Source: Armatimonadota bacterium
GTDB lineage: Bacteria; Armatimonadota; Zipacnadia; Zipacnadales; UBA5352
Assembly (NCBI GenBank): GCA_034722055.1
Contig: JAYENL010000262.1
Span: forward strand, 32,683 to 63,088
Direction of reading: 5' to 3'
DNA length: 30,406 nucleotides
In this document: one piece after another, positions 7,900 through 17,367 of the stretch
How the letters are laid out: each line of letters begins with the position of its first letter
Position numbering within the stretch: position 1 is the stretch's first letter
Translations under genes and position numbers: made by a program
Notes under the pieces: model-generated
What the model saw: only the letters and a program-made list of their open reading frames with translations
Database searches by the model: none
Told to the model about the DNA's origin: nothing

Positions 7900-10488
7900 A
7901 TGCGCATCCGCTGGCTGATCCTCTCCGGTATCCTTGGCATCCTCGCGCCTTCAGCTCCGGCGCAGGAGCAAGTATACGTGGACGACTTCGAGCAGGGCGC
8001 GGAGGGCTGGACCGTCGTCCATGGCGCGTCACGCTGGAAGGCCGTGGACGGCCGCTACGTCTTCGAGGAGCCGGGCTGGGGCCGGCACATGACGGTGGCT
8101 CCGGTCCGCATGATCGAGGGCACCATCACCGTGCGGGCAACGCCGCTGGCTGAGAGCCAGGCGCACGGGTGGGCCTCGTTCGGCGTCATCGTGAAGTACG
8201 CCGACAGCGCGCACCTGGTGGCCGTGCGCTTCGGCGCCTACAACGGCGTGAGCGTGATCCGATGGGATGGCGGGGACCGCGCCATCGAGGGCGTCGGCAG
8301 GCTGGACGCCGAGGTCGGCCGGGAGTACGAGGCCCGGCTGGAGGTGGAGGGCGACCAGCTTCGCACCTTCCTCGACGGGGAGCCTCTGGCGCCGATCACC
8401 ATCGGCTGGGCCGGCGAGCCCGGCCGCGTCGGACTCTGCACCGAGACGCCGGCGAGCTTCGACGACTTCACCGTCACCGGCGTTGAGCCCCTTGCGGCCG
8501 ATCGGCCGGAGCAGATCGAGGGCACGCCGCGGACGTCGGTGGAGTTCGCGAGCTTCCAGCCCGATCCGCTGCTGCCGGGTGAGGTCATTCCAGTGCGCGG
8601 GCAGCTCCACCTGTTCGTGCGCAACTCCGGCGACGGTCCTGCAGTGCTGGAGGGCGTGGAGCTGGACGGGCGCAGCGGCGAGGAGCTGGTCGCTGACGGC
8701 GTGCTGGCGTGGTACCATCAGCATCCGCAGCGCATCCGCCCGGGCGAGGTCGGCCGGGTGACGCTGCGCCTTGGCGGCGTGTCGGAGGAGCAGGCGCTGA
8801 TGCTGATGGCGGGAGCCGAGCCACCTGCTGCGCGCGTGGTGCTGCGGCATCTCAAGGCCGACCCGGTCCAATGCGAGGCGACGCTGGGGCCCGATGCCGA
8901 GCCGTTGCGCATCAACATGCTGACCTTCGGGCCCGACCTGAGGACCGTGCGCGCCTACCTGCAGGCCCCTGACCCGCCCGAGGGCGGCTTCGTACTGGAG
9001 GCCGTCGAGGTCAACGGCCGCGATGTCACCGACCGGGCGCGCTTCGGCTCCCGGCGCGTTGCCGGTGCGGTGGTGCCGGTCGAGATTACGCTGGAGGAGC
9101 CGCTGACCTGGGGAAGACACGCCACAGTCACAGTGAGCACCGAACAGGGCCTCTCCTGCGGGCACTGCCTGCGAGCCTTCCCCAGCGAGTTTCCCATCCA
9201 GGTGTGCCTGTTCGAGCAGGTGCGGGAGGACAGCATCGAGGACATCCACAACCACTGCTTCACCGCCGTGGCCCCGCGGCGCGATGAGCACGTGTCCGAG
9301 ATGAAGCGCCTGGGCCTGGACCTGCTGGCCTTCGGCGGTGGCCTGGGGCGGATCATGCAGTGGTGGCAGCCCGAGAACCCGCGCGTGATCGCCTTCTGGC
9401 TCGACGAGCGGGACGAGCGTCCGGTCGAGGACACCATCAGGCCGCTGAACGAGGCCCACGAGTACTACCTCCAGGAGGGCCGGTACATCCCCCGACAGAT
9501 GATCAACCTGGTGGGACCGTGGACAGGGACCGGCATGGCGTTCATGGACATCCTGGACGTGGTCTGCCACGCCTACGGCATGGGCGGAGCGATCAACGGC
9601 GCGGACTTCCCGCTGCTCTCGTCGCTGCCGTGGCGGGAGCTGCGGGCGGGGCGGCGGCCGTGGTGGCCGTACTTCCGCAGCGCGGAGATCGCGCTCGCCG
9701 TGGATCCCGGGAGTCGGGAGGTGCTGCAGCCGGCCCCGACCACCCAGCGGGTCATCGAGCCGGCGCAGGAGCGCATGATGACCTACGGCTGCCTGCAGCT
9801 TGGTGCTAAGGGCATCTGCCACTGGGCCTACGGCATTCAGGGCGGCGACCGGTCGGTCTACTATCTCGACGGGCCCGGCCTGCGGCTGTCAATGGGCGGC
9901 GTACCGTATCCGACCAGCAGGACGGTGCGCGGCTACGAGGTGCCGGAGGGAGTCTGCCGGGCGCTGAAGGCCACCTGGGACGAGATCGGGCGCATCAACG
10001 CGGAGCTGCAGACCATCGGCCCGTGGGTGGCCGACAGCGATCCCTCTCCCATCGCCCGCGTGACGCGCTCCCAGCCGCCCGAGGCCGTCACAGGGGGGCC
10101 GGCGGCGCAGGCCTCGGCGCTGGTCAGCGGCCTGGACACGGTCATCGTCATCGCACTGAACCTCAATATCGACACCGAGTGGAGCGGCCGCGATCCGGAG
10201 GGAATCCGCTCCTACGAGCCCGTGGACGCCACGATAGAGCTGCGCCTGCCGGAGTGGATCGACCCGGCCGATACCTTCAGCGTGGATTGGCGGGGGATCG
10301 AGGACGTTGAGGCCACGCACGATGGGGATCGGCTCGTCTTCGAGCTTCCGGAGCTGGCGATCCAGCGCGTCATCGTGGTCACCGGCGATCCCGAGGTCCG
10401 CTCCCGCATGGCCGAGCGCCTGCAGGAGATGCAGGAGCGCCTGCGGGCCATGGAGAGCCACCAGCCCGTGCCCACGGATGAGGAGTAG
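7900..10488 (+). CDS. Large secreted protein (862 aa): N-terminal DUF1080-like domain plus a putative glycoside hydrolase-like barrel
   Basis: True start ATG 7900 (SD GGGGAG/GAGG, signal peptide MRIRWLILSG...). The N-domain is paralogous to 7307-7894. C-terminal FWLDERD and LGAKGICHWAY are typical of uncharacterised GH-like barrels. Confidence 0.75.
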   Translation: MRIRWLILSGILGILAPSAPAQEQVYVDDFEQGAEGWTVVHGASRWKAVDGRYVFEEPGWGRHMTVAPVRMIEGTITVRATPLAESQAHGWASFGVIVKYADSAHLVAVRFGAYNGVSVIRWDGGDRAIEGVGRLDAEVGREYEARLEVEGDQLRTFLDGEPLAPITIGWAGEPGRVGLCTETPASFDDFTVTGVEPLAADRPEQIEGTPRTSVEFASFQPDPLLPGEVIPVRGQLHLFVRNSGDGPAVLEGVELDGRSGEELVADGVLAWYHQHPQRIRPGEVGRVTLRLGGVSEEQALMLMAGAEPPAARVVLRHLKADPVQCEATLGPDAEPLRINMLTFGPDLRTVRAYLQAPDPPEGGFVLEAVEVNGRDVTDRARFGSRRVAGAVVPVEITLEEPLTWGRHATVTVSTEQGLSCGHCLRAFPSEFPIQVCLFEQVREDSIEDIHNHCFTAVAPRRDEHVSEMKRLGLDLLAFGGGLGRIMQWWQPENPRVIAFWLDERDERPVEDTIRPLNEAHEYYLQEGRYIPRQMINLVGPWTGTGMAFMDILDVVCHAYGMGGAINGADFPLLSSLPWRELRAGRRPWWPYFRSAEIALAVDPGSREVLQPAPTTQRVIEPAQERMMTYGCLQLGAKGICHWAYGIQGGDRSVYYLDGPGLRLSMGGVPYPTSRTVRGYEVPEGVCRALKATWDEIGRINAELQTIGPWVADSDPSPIARVTRSQPPEAVTGGPAAQASALVSGLDTVIVIALNLNIDTEWSGRDPEGIRSYEPVDATIELRLPEWIDPADTFSVDWRGIEDVEATHDGDRLVFELPELAIQRVIVVTGDPEVRSRMAERLQEMQERLRAMESHQPVPTDEE

Positions 10489-10538
10489 GTGGCCGGAGCG
10501 TGGCGCCGGAAGATGCTGGACCGCCAGGGAGGATTCAC

Positions 10539-13500
10539 ATGCGTCTGAGACATCTTCTCACCACACTGCTCGTCTGTGCATGCGCAGTCCCCGCGCTGGC
10601 CTTTACGCGCGATGAGGTGCTGCTTTACGTGCCGTTCGACGGCTCGCTCCAGCCCACTGTCGCCGCGGGCGTGGCCGAGCCGGATGTCCAGGAGCCCGCC
10701 GGCGGTCTGGGCGGCTTTGACTACGATGAGGGCGTCGTCGGCCAGGCCGTGCGCGTGGGGGCGGAGGGCACACTGCTGCGCTATCCCACCGAGGGCAATG
10801 TGGATCCAGACGAGGGGACCTTCAGCATCTGGGTGCAGTCCATCGACTGGACCCTGCAGGACGCACCCAAGGTCAACCGGTGGTGGATCGATCTGCCTGG
10901 CCCCACCCGCTTCATCATCTACCACTACCTGCACTCGTCGGGGATCTACTTCTACCACATGGACGAGCGCGGCGAGCACCCCAGCATCATCGAGGCTCCC
11001 GGGCCGTGGGAGCCCGGGGAGTGGAAGCACCTCGTCGGCACCTGGAAGCACGGGCGGCTGCGGCTCTACGTCAACGGCGAGAAGGTCCCCGAGGAGGCGC
11101 ACGTGGAGCTTGGGCCCATCGGCGAGTGGATCGTGCTCGGGAACCCGGACCACAACATCGGTGGGGAGCAGAAGCCGGACACGAACCTGGATGAGTTCTA
11201 CGTCCTCTCCCGCGCGCTGGAGGATGTGGAGGTCAGGGCGCTTTACGAGCGCGGGGTCCTGGAGCGCCGTGCCGAGCTGGCCATCCCCACGATTGAGGCC
11301 CCGACCGTTGATGGCGCCATCGACGAGCGCGAGTACGCGTCAGCGGCCGCCGTCACCGGCCTGGTCAACGCCGTCACCGGCCTCCTGGACTCCGAGCAGA
11401 GCGTGGCGTGGCTGGGGCATGACGCAGAGAGGCTCTACCTGGCCCACCGCTGGCCGGTGCCGGAGAGGGTCCGGCGGCGCCCCGACGACTACAGCTTCGG
11501 GGCCTTCCGCAAGCAGGCGTCAGAGCGGGACGGTGCCCTGCAGGATGACGACCTGGTGGGGATCGAGGTCCGCGCCGAGGACGGTACGGTTCGGCGCATC
11601 ATGGCCAACGCCGCCGGCACCATCGGCGATTGGCTGGATGGCGATGCCGCCTGGGACAGCGGCGCGCGGGTGGCCTGCCTGGTGGATGCCAACGACTGGG
11701 TGTGCGAGATGGCGGTGCCGCTGGCGGACCTGGGCCTGTCGGCGGGCGGTGAGATGGAGCTGCGCGTGCCGCGCTCGCACCGTCTGCTGCGAGAGGACCG
11801 GGCGGTGTGGCCGCATCCGGATGCTTGGGCTGACGGTACGCTGGCGACAGAGGCGGGCGCCGCCCAGTTGACCTCGCTGGGCCGACCGTGGGAGGGCCTG
11901 CTGGACCTGCGGCTGGCCTCGCCCGTCACGTCCGCGGGGGCGTCGGTGCGGCTCAACAGCGGGGAACTCGAGCGCGCGCAGGCTCTGGAGCCGGGTGATG
12001 CCCTGACCGTGGAGCAGACTCTGGTGGACACCTCGGTGACTGCGATGTCCGTGGAGGCGACGACGGGCCAGCGGACGCTGCTGGCCGTCAGCATGCCCTT
12101 CACCTATCCGCCGATGCTGGAGGTGGCGAAGTTCCTCTATCCCTCCAAGGACCTCCTGGAGGTGGTGCTCTCCACGCGAGGGGCGGCGTCGGCGGCCGCG
12201 GCCCGGGTTCAGGTGCTGCCTGAGGGAGGCGGCGAGGCTGTGGCCGGCGCTGAGGTCGCTGGCGGGCAGGGCGATGTGCGCACCGCGCAGATCGATGTCG
12301 GCGGCCTGCAGCCGGGGGCCTACAACGCGGTGGTCACCGTGGGGGAGGGCGAGCGGCCGCTGGGCCGGCAGACACTCGACTTCGAGATTCGTGAGCGGCC
12401 ACAATGGCTGGGCAATCAGGTCGGCATCATCGACTATGTGCCCCAGCCGTGGACGGCGCTGCAGTACGAGGGTGACACCGTCTCATGCTGGGGGCGGACC
12501 GTGGACCTGGGCGGCTCGCTGCTGCCGGCGCAGATGGTCTCGCAGGGAGAGGAGCTGCTGTCGTCGCCCGTGACGCTCATCGCGGAGGTGGGCGGAGAGC
12601 GCCATGAGCCGGGCGAGGCGCAGACGCAGTGGGGCGAGCGCACCGACCAGCGGGGCCAGTGGCGCGCCACGGCGTCCATCGGCCCGATCTCGGCCGAGGT
12701 CAGCGGCTGGATCGAGTTCGATGGCTTCATGTGGCTGGAGGTGTCGCTGTCCGCCGGCGAGACAACAGCGGTGGATTCGCTGCAGCTTCGGGTGCCGATG
12801 GCGAAGCAGCACGCCACGCTGCTGTATTCCGGCAACTACCGGACCATCGACACGGGCAGCACGCCGGCGGATCCGTGGGCGACCAGCTTCGTGCCGTGCC
12901 TGGGGCTGTCGGATGAGGAGCGGGGGCTGCAGTGGTGCGCGCAGTCGCGGCGCGGCTGGAGCCTGGAGGACATCGATCGGGCTATCGAGGTCCTGCCCGG
13001 AGAGCAGGCGACGGTGCTGGTCGCAAACATCATCGACACGCCGACGGAGATCGGCCCCGAGCCGCGCGTGTTCGCCTTCGGCCTGCACCCGGCGCCGGTG
13101 AAGCCGCCGCTTGAGGGACGGCGGATGCTGCGACCCGCGGGGGACATGGACAAGCAGCCGCAGCCGAACCTGGCCCTGTGGATGACGCACTGGTGCCTGG
13201 GCTGCAGCTATCCGCTGCCCGTGAGGGACAAGAGCATCGAGTGGCTGCAAGCGCGCCGCGAGCAGGGGGTACGCACCCACGCTTACACCCGGCTGGCCCA
13301 GTGCTCGGTGAAGGGCCCGTGGTACGAGTACTTCCGGGACGAGTGGCGGATCGATCCCGGCCCGCGGCTGGACTTCAACCCCGAGGCGGAGTGGGGCAAG
13401 GCCAACCCGGTGTGCCAGAACTCGGCGAGCTGGCGGGACTGGATGGTGTGGTCGCTCCGGGAGGGGATCGAGGAGCTTGGGGCGGCGGGGATCTACTACG

Positions 13501-14300
13501 ACGTATCGCGCCCCGCGCTGTGCGTGAACCACCACCACGGCTGCGGCTACCTGAACGAGGACGGCGAGTGGGAGCCCGAGACGCAGATCCTGGCCGCGCG
13601 CGAGCTGCAGAAGCGCATCTGGATCATGATGCACGAGGAGCTGGGCTGCGAGATCAGCCACCACATGTCGGGCCACCTGTGGACGGCGACGCAGTCCTTC
13701 AGCGACATGCTCATCGACGGCGAGAACTTCACGAGCATGGTCAAGGACAACTACTACGAGCTGCTGCCGCTGGACAAGTTCCGGGCGGAGTTCATGGGGC
13801 ACCAGTGGGGGCTGACCAGCATCTTCCTGCCCGAGTTCTCCCGCGCGCAGCTTACCCCGGACATGAAGGAGCTCTACGAGAGTCCCGAGAAGCTCCCCGT
13901 GGTCAGACACCTGGCGGGGATGATCTTCCTCCACGACTCCATCCCCTGGCCGTCCTACTCCGACCTGACGCCCTATCACACTATCTGGGCGGCGCAGGAT
14001 GAGCTGGGGTGGGGTGACGAGGTGCAGTTCCTGCCATACTGGGACAATGCTCAGTACCTCGAGCCGATGGGCGAGCGGCTGGTGGCCTCCATCTTCCGCA
14101 AGGATGGCAGGGCGCTGGTGGTGCTGTTCAACAACACCGATGAGCCGCGAGAGGCGCGCCTCCGCTTCGACCTGCAGGCCCTGGGCGTGGAGGCGCCCGC
14201 CCTGCGCGACTTCGAGACCGGGGAGCGCTTCGAGCTGCAGGAGGGTGCGACGACGGTGCCCATCGGCCCCCGCGACTTCCGGCTGCTGATGACGTGGTAG
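10539..14300 (+). CDS. Large secreted multidomain protein (1253 aa): LamG-like jellyroll, CBM9-like domain and DUF6067/GH123-like catalytic region
   Basis: SD GGAGG, ATG 10539, signal peptide. LamG: LLYVPFDGS...EGTFSIWV...WKHLVGTW...LYVNGE...LDEFYVLSRAL. CBM9-like: PTVDGAIDEREY...WVCEMAVPLADLG. Catalytic-type: GIYYDV, DGE, FLPYW. Confidence 0.8.
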   Translation: MRLRHLLTTLLVCACAVPALAFTRDEVLLYVPFDGSLQPTVAAGVAEPDVQEPAGGLGGFDYDEGVVGQAVRVGAEGTLLRYPTEGNVDPDEGTFSIWVQSIDWTLQDAPKVNRWWIDLPGPTRFIIYHYLHSSGIYFYHMDERGEHPSIIEAPGPWEPGEWKHLVGTWKHGRLRLYVNGEKVPEEAHVELGPIGEWIVLGNPDHNIGGEQKPDTNLDEFYVLSRALEDVEVRALYERGVLERRAELAIPTIEAPTVDGAIDEREYASAAAVTGLVNAVTGLLDSEQSVAWLGHDAERLYLAHRWPVPERVRRRPDDYSFGAFRKQASERDGALQDDDLVGIEVRAEDGTVRRIMANAAGTIGDWLDGDAAWDSGARVACLVDANDWVCEMAVPLADLGLSAGGEMELRVPRSHRLLREDRAVWPHPDAWADGTLATEAGAAQLTSLGRPWEGLLDLRLASPVTSAGASVRLNSGELERAQALEPGDALTVEQTLVDTSVTAMSVEATTGQRTLLAVSMPFTYPPMLEVAKFLYPSKDLLEVVLSTRGAASAAAARVQVLPEGGGEAVAGAEVAGGQGDVRTAQIDVGGLQPGAYNAVVTVGEGERPLGRQTLDFEIRERPQWLGNQVGIIDYVPQPWTALQYEGDTVSCWGRTVDLGGSLLPAQMVSQGEELLSSPVTLIAEVGGERHEPGEAQTQWGERTDQRGQWRATASIGPISAEVSGWIEFDGFMWLEVSLSAGETTAVDSLQLRVPMAKQHATLLYSGNYRTIDTGSTPADPWATSFVPCLGLSDEERGLQWCAQSRRGWSLEDIDRAIEVLPGEQATVLVANIIDTPTEIGPEPRVFAFGLHPAPVKPPLEGRRMLRPAGDMDKQPQPNLALWMTHWCLGCSYPLPVRDKSIEWLQARREQGVRTHAYTRLAQCSVKGPWYEYFRDEWRIDPGPRLDFNPEAEWGKANPVCQNSASWRDWMVWSLREGIEELGAAGIYYDVSRPALCVNHHHGCGYLNEDGEWEPETQILAARELQKRIWIMMHEELGCEISHHMSGHLWTATQSFSDMLIDGENFTSMVKDNYYELLPLDKFRAEFMGHQWGLTSIFLPEFSRAQLTPDMKELYESPEKLPVVRHLAGMIFLHDSIPWPSYSDLTPYHTIWAAQDELGWGDEVQFLPYWDNAQYLEPMGERLVASIFRKDGRALVVLFNNTDEPREARLRFDLQALGVEAPALRDFETGERFELQEGATTVPIGPRDFRLLMTW

Positions 14301-14383
14301 CGCTACCTTGCGCAACTGCGCGCACGGTCACGAGGAGGGCGCTCGGCAGCTCGCTTGTGTTGAAGATGCGTGGCGTGCTCGGT

Positions 14384-14413
14384 GGAGGGGCGGCCGCGCG
14401 GGGAGGCCCGCCC
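14384..14413 (+). repeat. Degenerate GGAG-tagged hairpin (REP-like family 2)
   Basis: GGAG followed by GGGCGGCC...GGCCCGCCC, in the spacer between convergent genes. Confidence 0.4.
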
Positions 14414-14419
14414 GATATC

Positions 14420-15643
14420 CTATCGCTCGTCCAGCGCGATCCGGTAGACGTGCACGCCGAGGCCGGCGAAGGAGTCCCGCAGCACGCCAGCGGTGATGGG
14501 CACGATGCGCTGCACCGGCTCGGCGCCCTCCTCGGGCTGCACTGTCTCGAACAGCGCCACGGCCTCCGTCGCCCCCTCAGGAAGGCCCGTGATCAGCGCC
14601 GTCACACCGCGCTCGGCGGAGTTGACGACCACCACGTAGAGGCTGCCCCGCCAGGTCAGCGCGCGCATGCTCAGCGACGGGTAGCGGATCTCGTGGTTGT
14701 AGCCGTAGGGCGTGAAGGGTGCGCTCATGCGTGGCCCGCGAAGGACCGCGGTGCCCGCATCCTCGTAGGGCTTCCCGAAGAGGAAGACCTGGCCGAGCCG
14801 CTCCTCGCCGGAGATCTGCGTGGCGGCCCTGCAGTAGGCGTCCCAGGTCCTGGCGAACACGTCCGCGTCGCGCTGGTGCCAGTAGGAGAAGATCATCACC
14901 CCGCGGGCGCCGGCGGCCACCGACGCCCAGACGTCGTGGGAGGCCTCCCGCGGCGAGATGATGTCCATCTTCTCGGCGCTGTAGAACATCTGCAGGATGG
15001 CGATGGGCGTGCGCTGGCCGGCGAGGTAGTCCTGCCCCACCTCATGCCCCGCCCGGTGGATCGCGTCGATCTCGCTCTCGACGCGGTAGCGGATCCACGG
15101 CCGCGGCATGTGGTGGTACTCCACGTAGCCGCCGGCGCCGATGATGTCCAGGTGCGGGACGTACTTGGCGATGGAGGCGGGCGTGTAGTGCGTCGGGATG
15201 TACATGAAGTTCGGCCGCTGCAGCGGATCGATCTCGCGGGTGAGCTGCGGGATACGCTGGACCCTCTCCCACTCCCTCTCCCGCCACCAGCGCAGCTCCT
15301 CCGGCAGGTCCCACCACAGCACGTTCTCGTAGCGCGCGTAGTCCCGGATCGTCTCGCGCACGTCGTTCCAGGTGTGGTCGTCCCCGCGCGGGATGTGCGC
15401 CAGCGAGTAGAGGCCGCTATCCAGCGCGGCGTCGAGGTAGGTGGCGTCGAAGTGGTAGCTGTGGCCGAAGCTCCAGCCGAAGGGAATGACCTCCGGCATC
15501 TCCTCGCGGGGGTCCAGCGAGTACAGCCCGAGCGGGAAGGCGTCGCCCTGCGGGTAGGGGCGCTCTGGCAGCGCCTGCACAGATACAGGGATGGCGAGTG
15601 CAATCACGGCGGCGGCGATCATGGTCGGGGAGCGGCAGGTCAT
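14420..15643 (-). CDS. Secreted hypothetical glycoside hydrolase-like (TIM-barrel) protein
   Basis: Signal-peptide-like N-terminus; motifs FPLGLY, WWDLPEE, REIDP and AAGARGVMIFSY. Starts 6 nt after the isomerase stop, suggesting co-transcription. Confidence 0.75.
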   Translation of the reverse strand: MTCRSPTMIAAAVIALAIPVSVQALPERPYPQGDAFPLGLYSLDPREEMPEVIPFGWSFGHSYHFDATYLDAALDSGLYSLAHIPRGDDHTWNDVRETIRDYARYENVLWWDLPEELRWWREREWERVQRIPQLTREIDPLQRPNFMYIPTHYTPASIAKYVPHLDIIGAGGYVEYHHMPRPWIRYRVESEIDAIHRAGHEVGQDYLAGQRTPIAILQMFYSAEKMDIISPREASHDVWASVAAGARGVMIFSYWHQRDADVFARTWDAYCRAATQISGEERLGQVFLFGKPYEDAGTAVLRGPRMSAPFTPYGYNHEIRYPSLSMRALTWRGSLYVVVVNSAERGVTALITGLPEGATEAVALFETVQPEEGAEPVQRIVPITAGVLRDSFAGLGVHVYRIALDER

Positions 15644-15649
15644 CCCCGA

Positions 15650-16345
15650 TCAGTCCTCCGGCGCCGGCGGGTACTCGGTGCACAGCAGGTGCAGCGGCGG
15701 CTCGTCCTCCTCGATGGCCGGGAAGCGGCCCACCCGCTCATCGTGGAAGCGATTATCCACCTCGTCATCGTTCACCGCCGAGACCTCCCCGACCAGCACA
15801 TAGTCCTCGCCGGGGGCCGGCTTGCCCCAGAACTCGTGGTAGAGGTAGGGCGTGAGCGTGATGGACTGCCCCGGACGCAGGACGACCTCCTCGCCGGCCT
15901 CGATGGTGAACTCGTGCCCGTCCACGTTCACCTCGACGGGCGTCTCGAGCTTATCGCCGTCATCGTCTCCGTTCCACAGCCGCAGCCACAGCTCGCCGCC
16001 GGCCCGGCAGATGATGTCCTCCATCTTCTCCCAATGGTAGTGTGTCAGCGTCACCTGCTCGTCGCCGCAGATGAGGATCTTCTCGCAGTAGGGCTTCACG
16101 TAGCGGTCCATCTTCGGGTTGCCGTTGCGGATGGTGAACAGCAGCAGGCCCACGTTCTCGTAGTCGCCCAGGCCGAAGTCCGTGATGTCCCAGCCGAGCA
16201 TGTTGTCGCGGATCTCGTCGTACTCGTGGCCGGCTTGCTGCCAGTCCTCGGGCGACCACTGAGCCCACTCGGGCAGGTGGAAGTTCATACGCTCGAGGAA
16301 GGCCTTCCCCTCGCGCAGTATCTCGTTGAGCTCCGATCGCTTCAT
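15650..16345 (-). CDS. D-lyxose/D-mannose family sugar isomerase (cupin)
   Basis: MKRSELN, GWDITDFG, LFTIRNG, PYCEK, HYHWEKMEDII, LYHEFW and GEVSAVNDD...DNRF family motifs. SD GGAGG. Confidence 0.92.
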   Translation of the reverse strand: MKRSELNEILREGKAFLERMNFHLPEWAQWSPEDWQQAGHEYDEIRDNMLGWDITDFGLGDYENVGLLLFTIRNGNPKMDRYVKPYCEKILICGDEQVTLTHYHWEKMEDIICRAGGELWLRLWNGDDDGDKLETPVEVNVDGHEFTIEAGEEVVLRPGQSITLTPYLYHEFWGKPAPGEDYVLVGEVSAVNDDEVDNRFHDERVGRFPAIEEDEPPLHLLCTEYPPAPED

Positions 16346-16524
16346 GGCATATCCTCCATGGTCAGGGCACTGCGACCTTCACACCTATGTTCGCCGCACG
16401 CCGCGGCGGCCCTCCGTCTCCTCCAGCGTAGTCGGGAATACGGACGCCACCGGAGGGCGGCGCTTTCCCCACGGCGAAGCGGCTCGCCGAGTGCCAGCCT
16501 GGGGCAGACCGGTGGTGGACGAAG

Positions 16525-17367
16525 ATGCGCAGGGTCTTTGTGGTCACAGTGGACTGCGATCTGCGCGGCGACGACGCGGCGGTCCGGCAGGCCAGCCTGG
16601 AGGCGATGCTGGAGGTGTTCGCCGAGGAGGGGCTCGCAGGCCACGTCACGTGGTTCCTCAACGAGAACGACTTCCTGCTGACCGAGAACCACCAGGCCCT
16701 CCTCCATGAGGCCGTCGGGCGCGGCGACACGCTGGGCCTCCACGACCACCTGGAGCCGTTCGGCGCGCATCTCAAGCACGTGGCGGTGCAGTACGACGCC
16801 AGGGCGGTGGCGGCGTTCTGCCGCGCCTCGCGCGAGCGGGTGGCCGGGTGGCTGGCCGCGAACGGCTACGAGCGGGAGCTGCGGGTCCACCGGAACGGCT
16901 GCGTGGCCCAGGCGCCGGAGATCTACATGGCGCTGGCGGAGCTGGGCTACACGGTGCACTCGGATACCTGGCCCGGCCACCGGTGCAACGATCGCGTCGG
17001 GCGGCCGGCCCAGGACAGCGAGGACATTCCCCACGGCATCGCCCCCTATCGCCACGATCCCGCCAACTTCGGCGATTACACCTCCACCGCCGGCCGCTTC
17101 CTGCAGGTGCCTCTGATGGAGATGTTCCTGGCCCCCTTCCGCTTCAAGCTGATGGATCGATGGGATCGGGCCTTCGCCGAGCGCGGCGCGGAGCTGGCCA
17201 CCTTCACCTGGTGCATTCATCCCTACGAGGTGCTCACCGATGTCCGCGACGCGGTCTCACCGGGGCTGGTGGAGGTACTGCGAGACGACCTGCGCCGGTT
17301 CCGGGATGACTACGCCGTGGAGTTCGCGAGCATCGACGACCTCACGGAGGCGTTGGGCGATGAGTAG
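16525..17367 (+). CDS. Polysaccharide deacetylase-like (NodB/CE4-type barrel) protein
   Basis: VVTVDCD, VTWF, LGLHDH (metal-binding HxH), HRNG and TWCIHPYE. Overlaps the next start by 8 nt. Confidence 0.75.
   Translation: MRRVFVVTVDCDLRGDDAAVRQASLEAMLEVFAEEGLAGHVTWFLNENDFLLTENHQALLHEAVGRGDTLGLHDHLEPFGAHLKHVAVQYDARAVAAFCRASRERVAGWLAANGYERELRVHRNGCVAQAPEIYMALAELGYTVHSDTWPGHRCNDRVGRPAQDSEDIPHGIAPYRHDPANFGDYTSTAGRFLQVPLMEMFLAPFRFKLMDRWDRAFAERGAELATFTWCIHPYEVLTDVRDAVSPGLVEVLRDDLRRFRDDYAVEFASIDDLTEALGDE

Noticed and set aside
14296..14307. 12-bp palindrome GGTAGCGCTACC at the gene stop
   Set aside because: Single, short and without context; compatible with chance.
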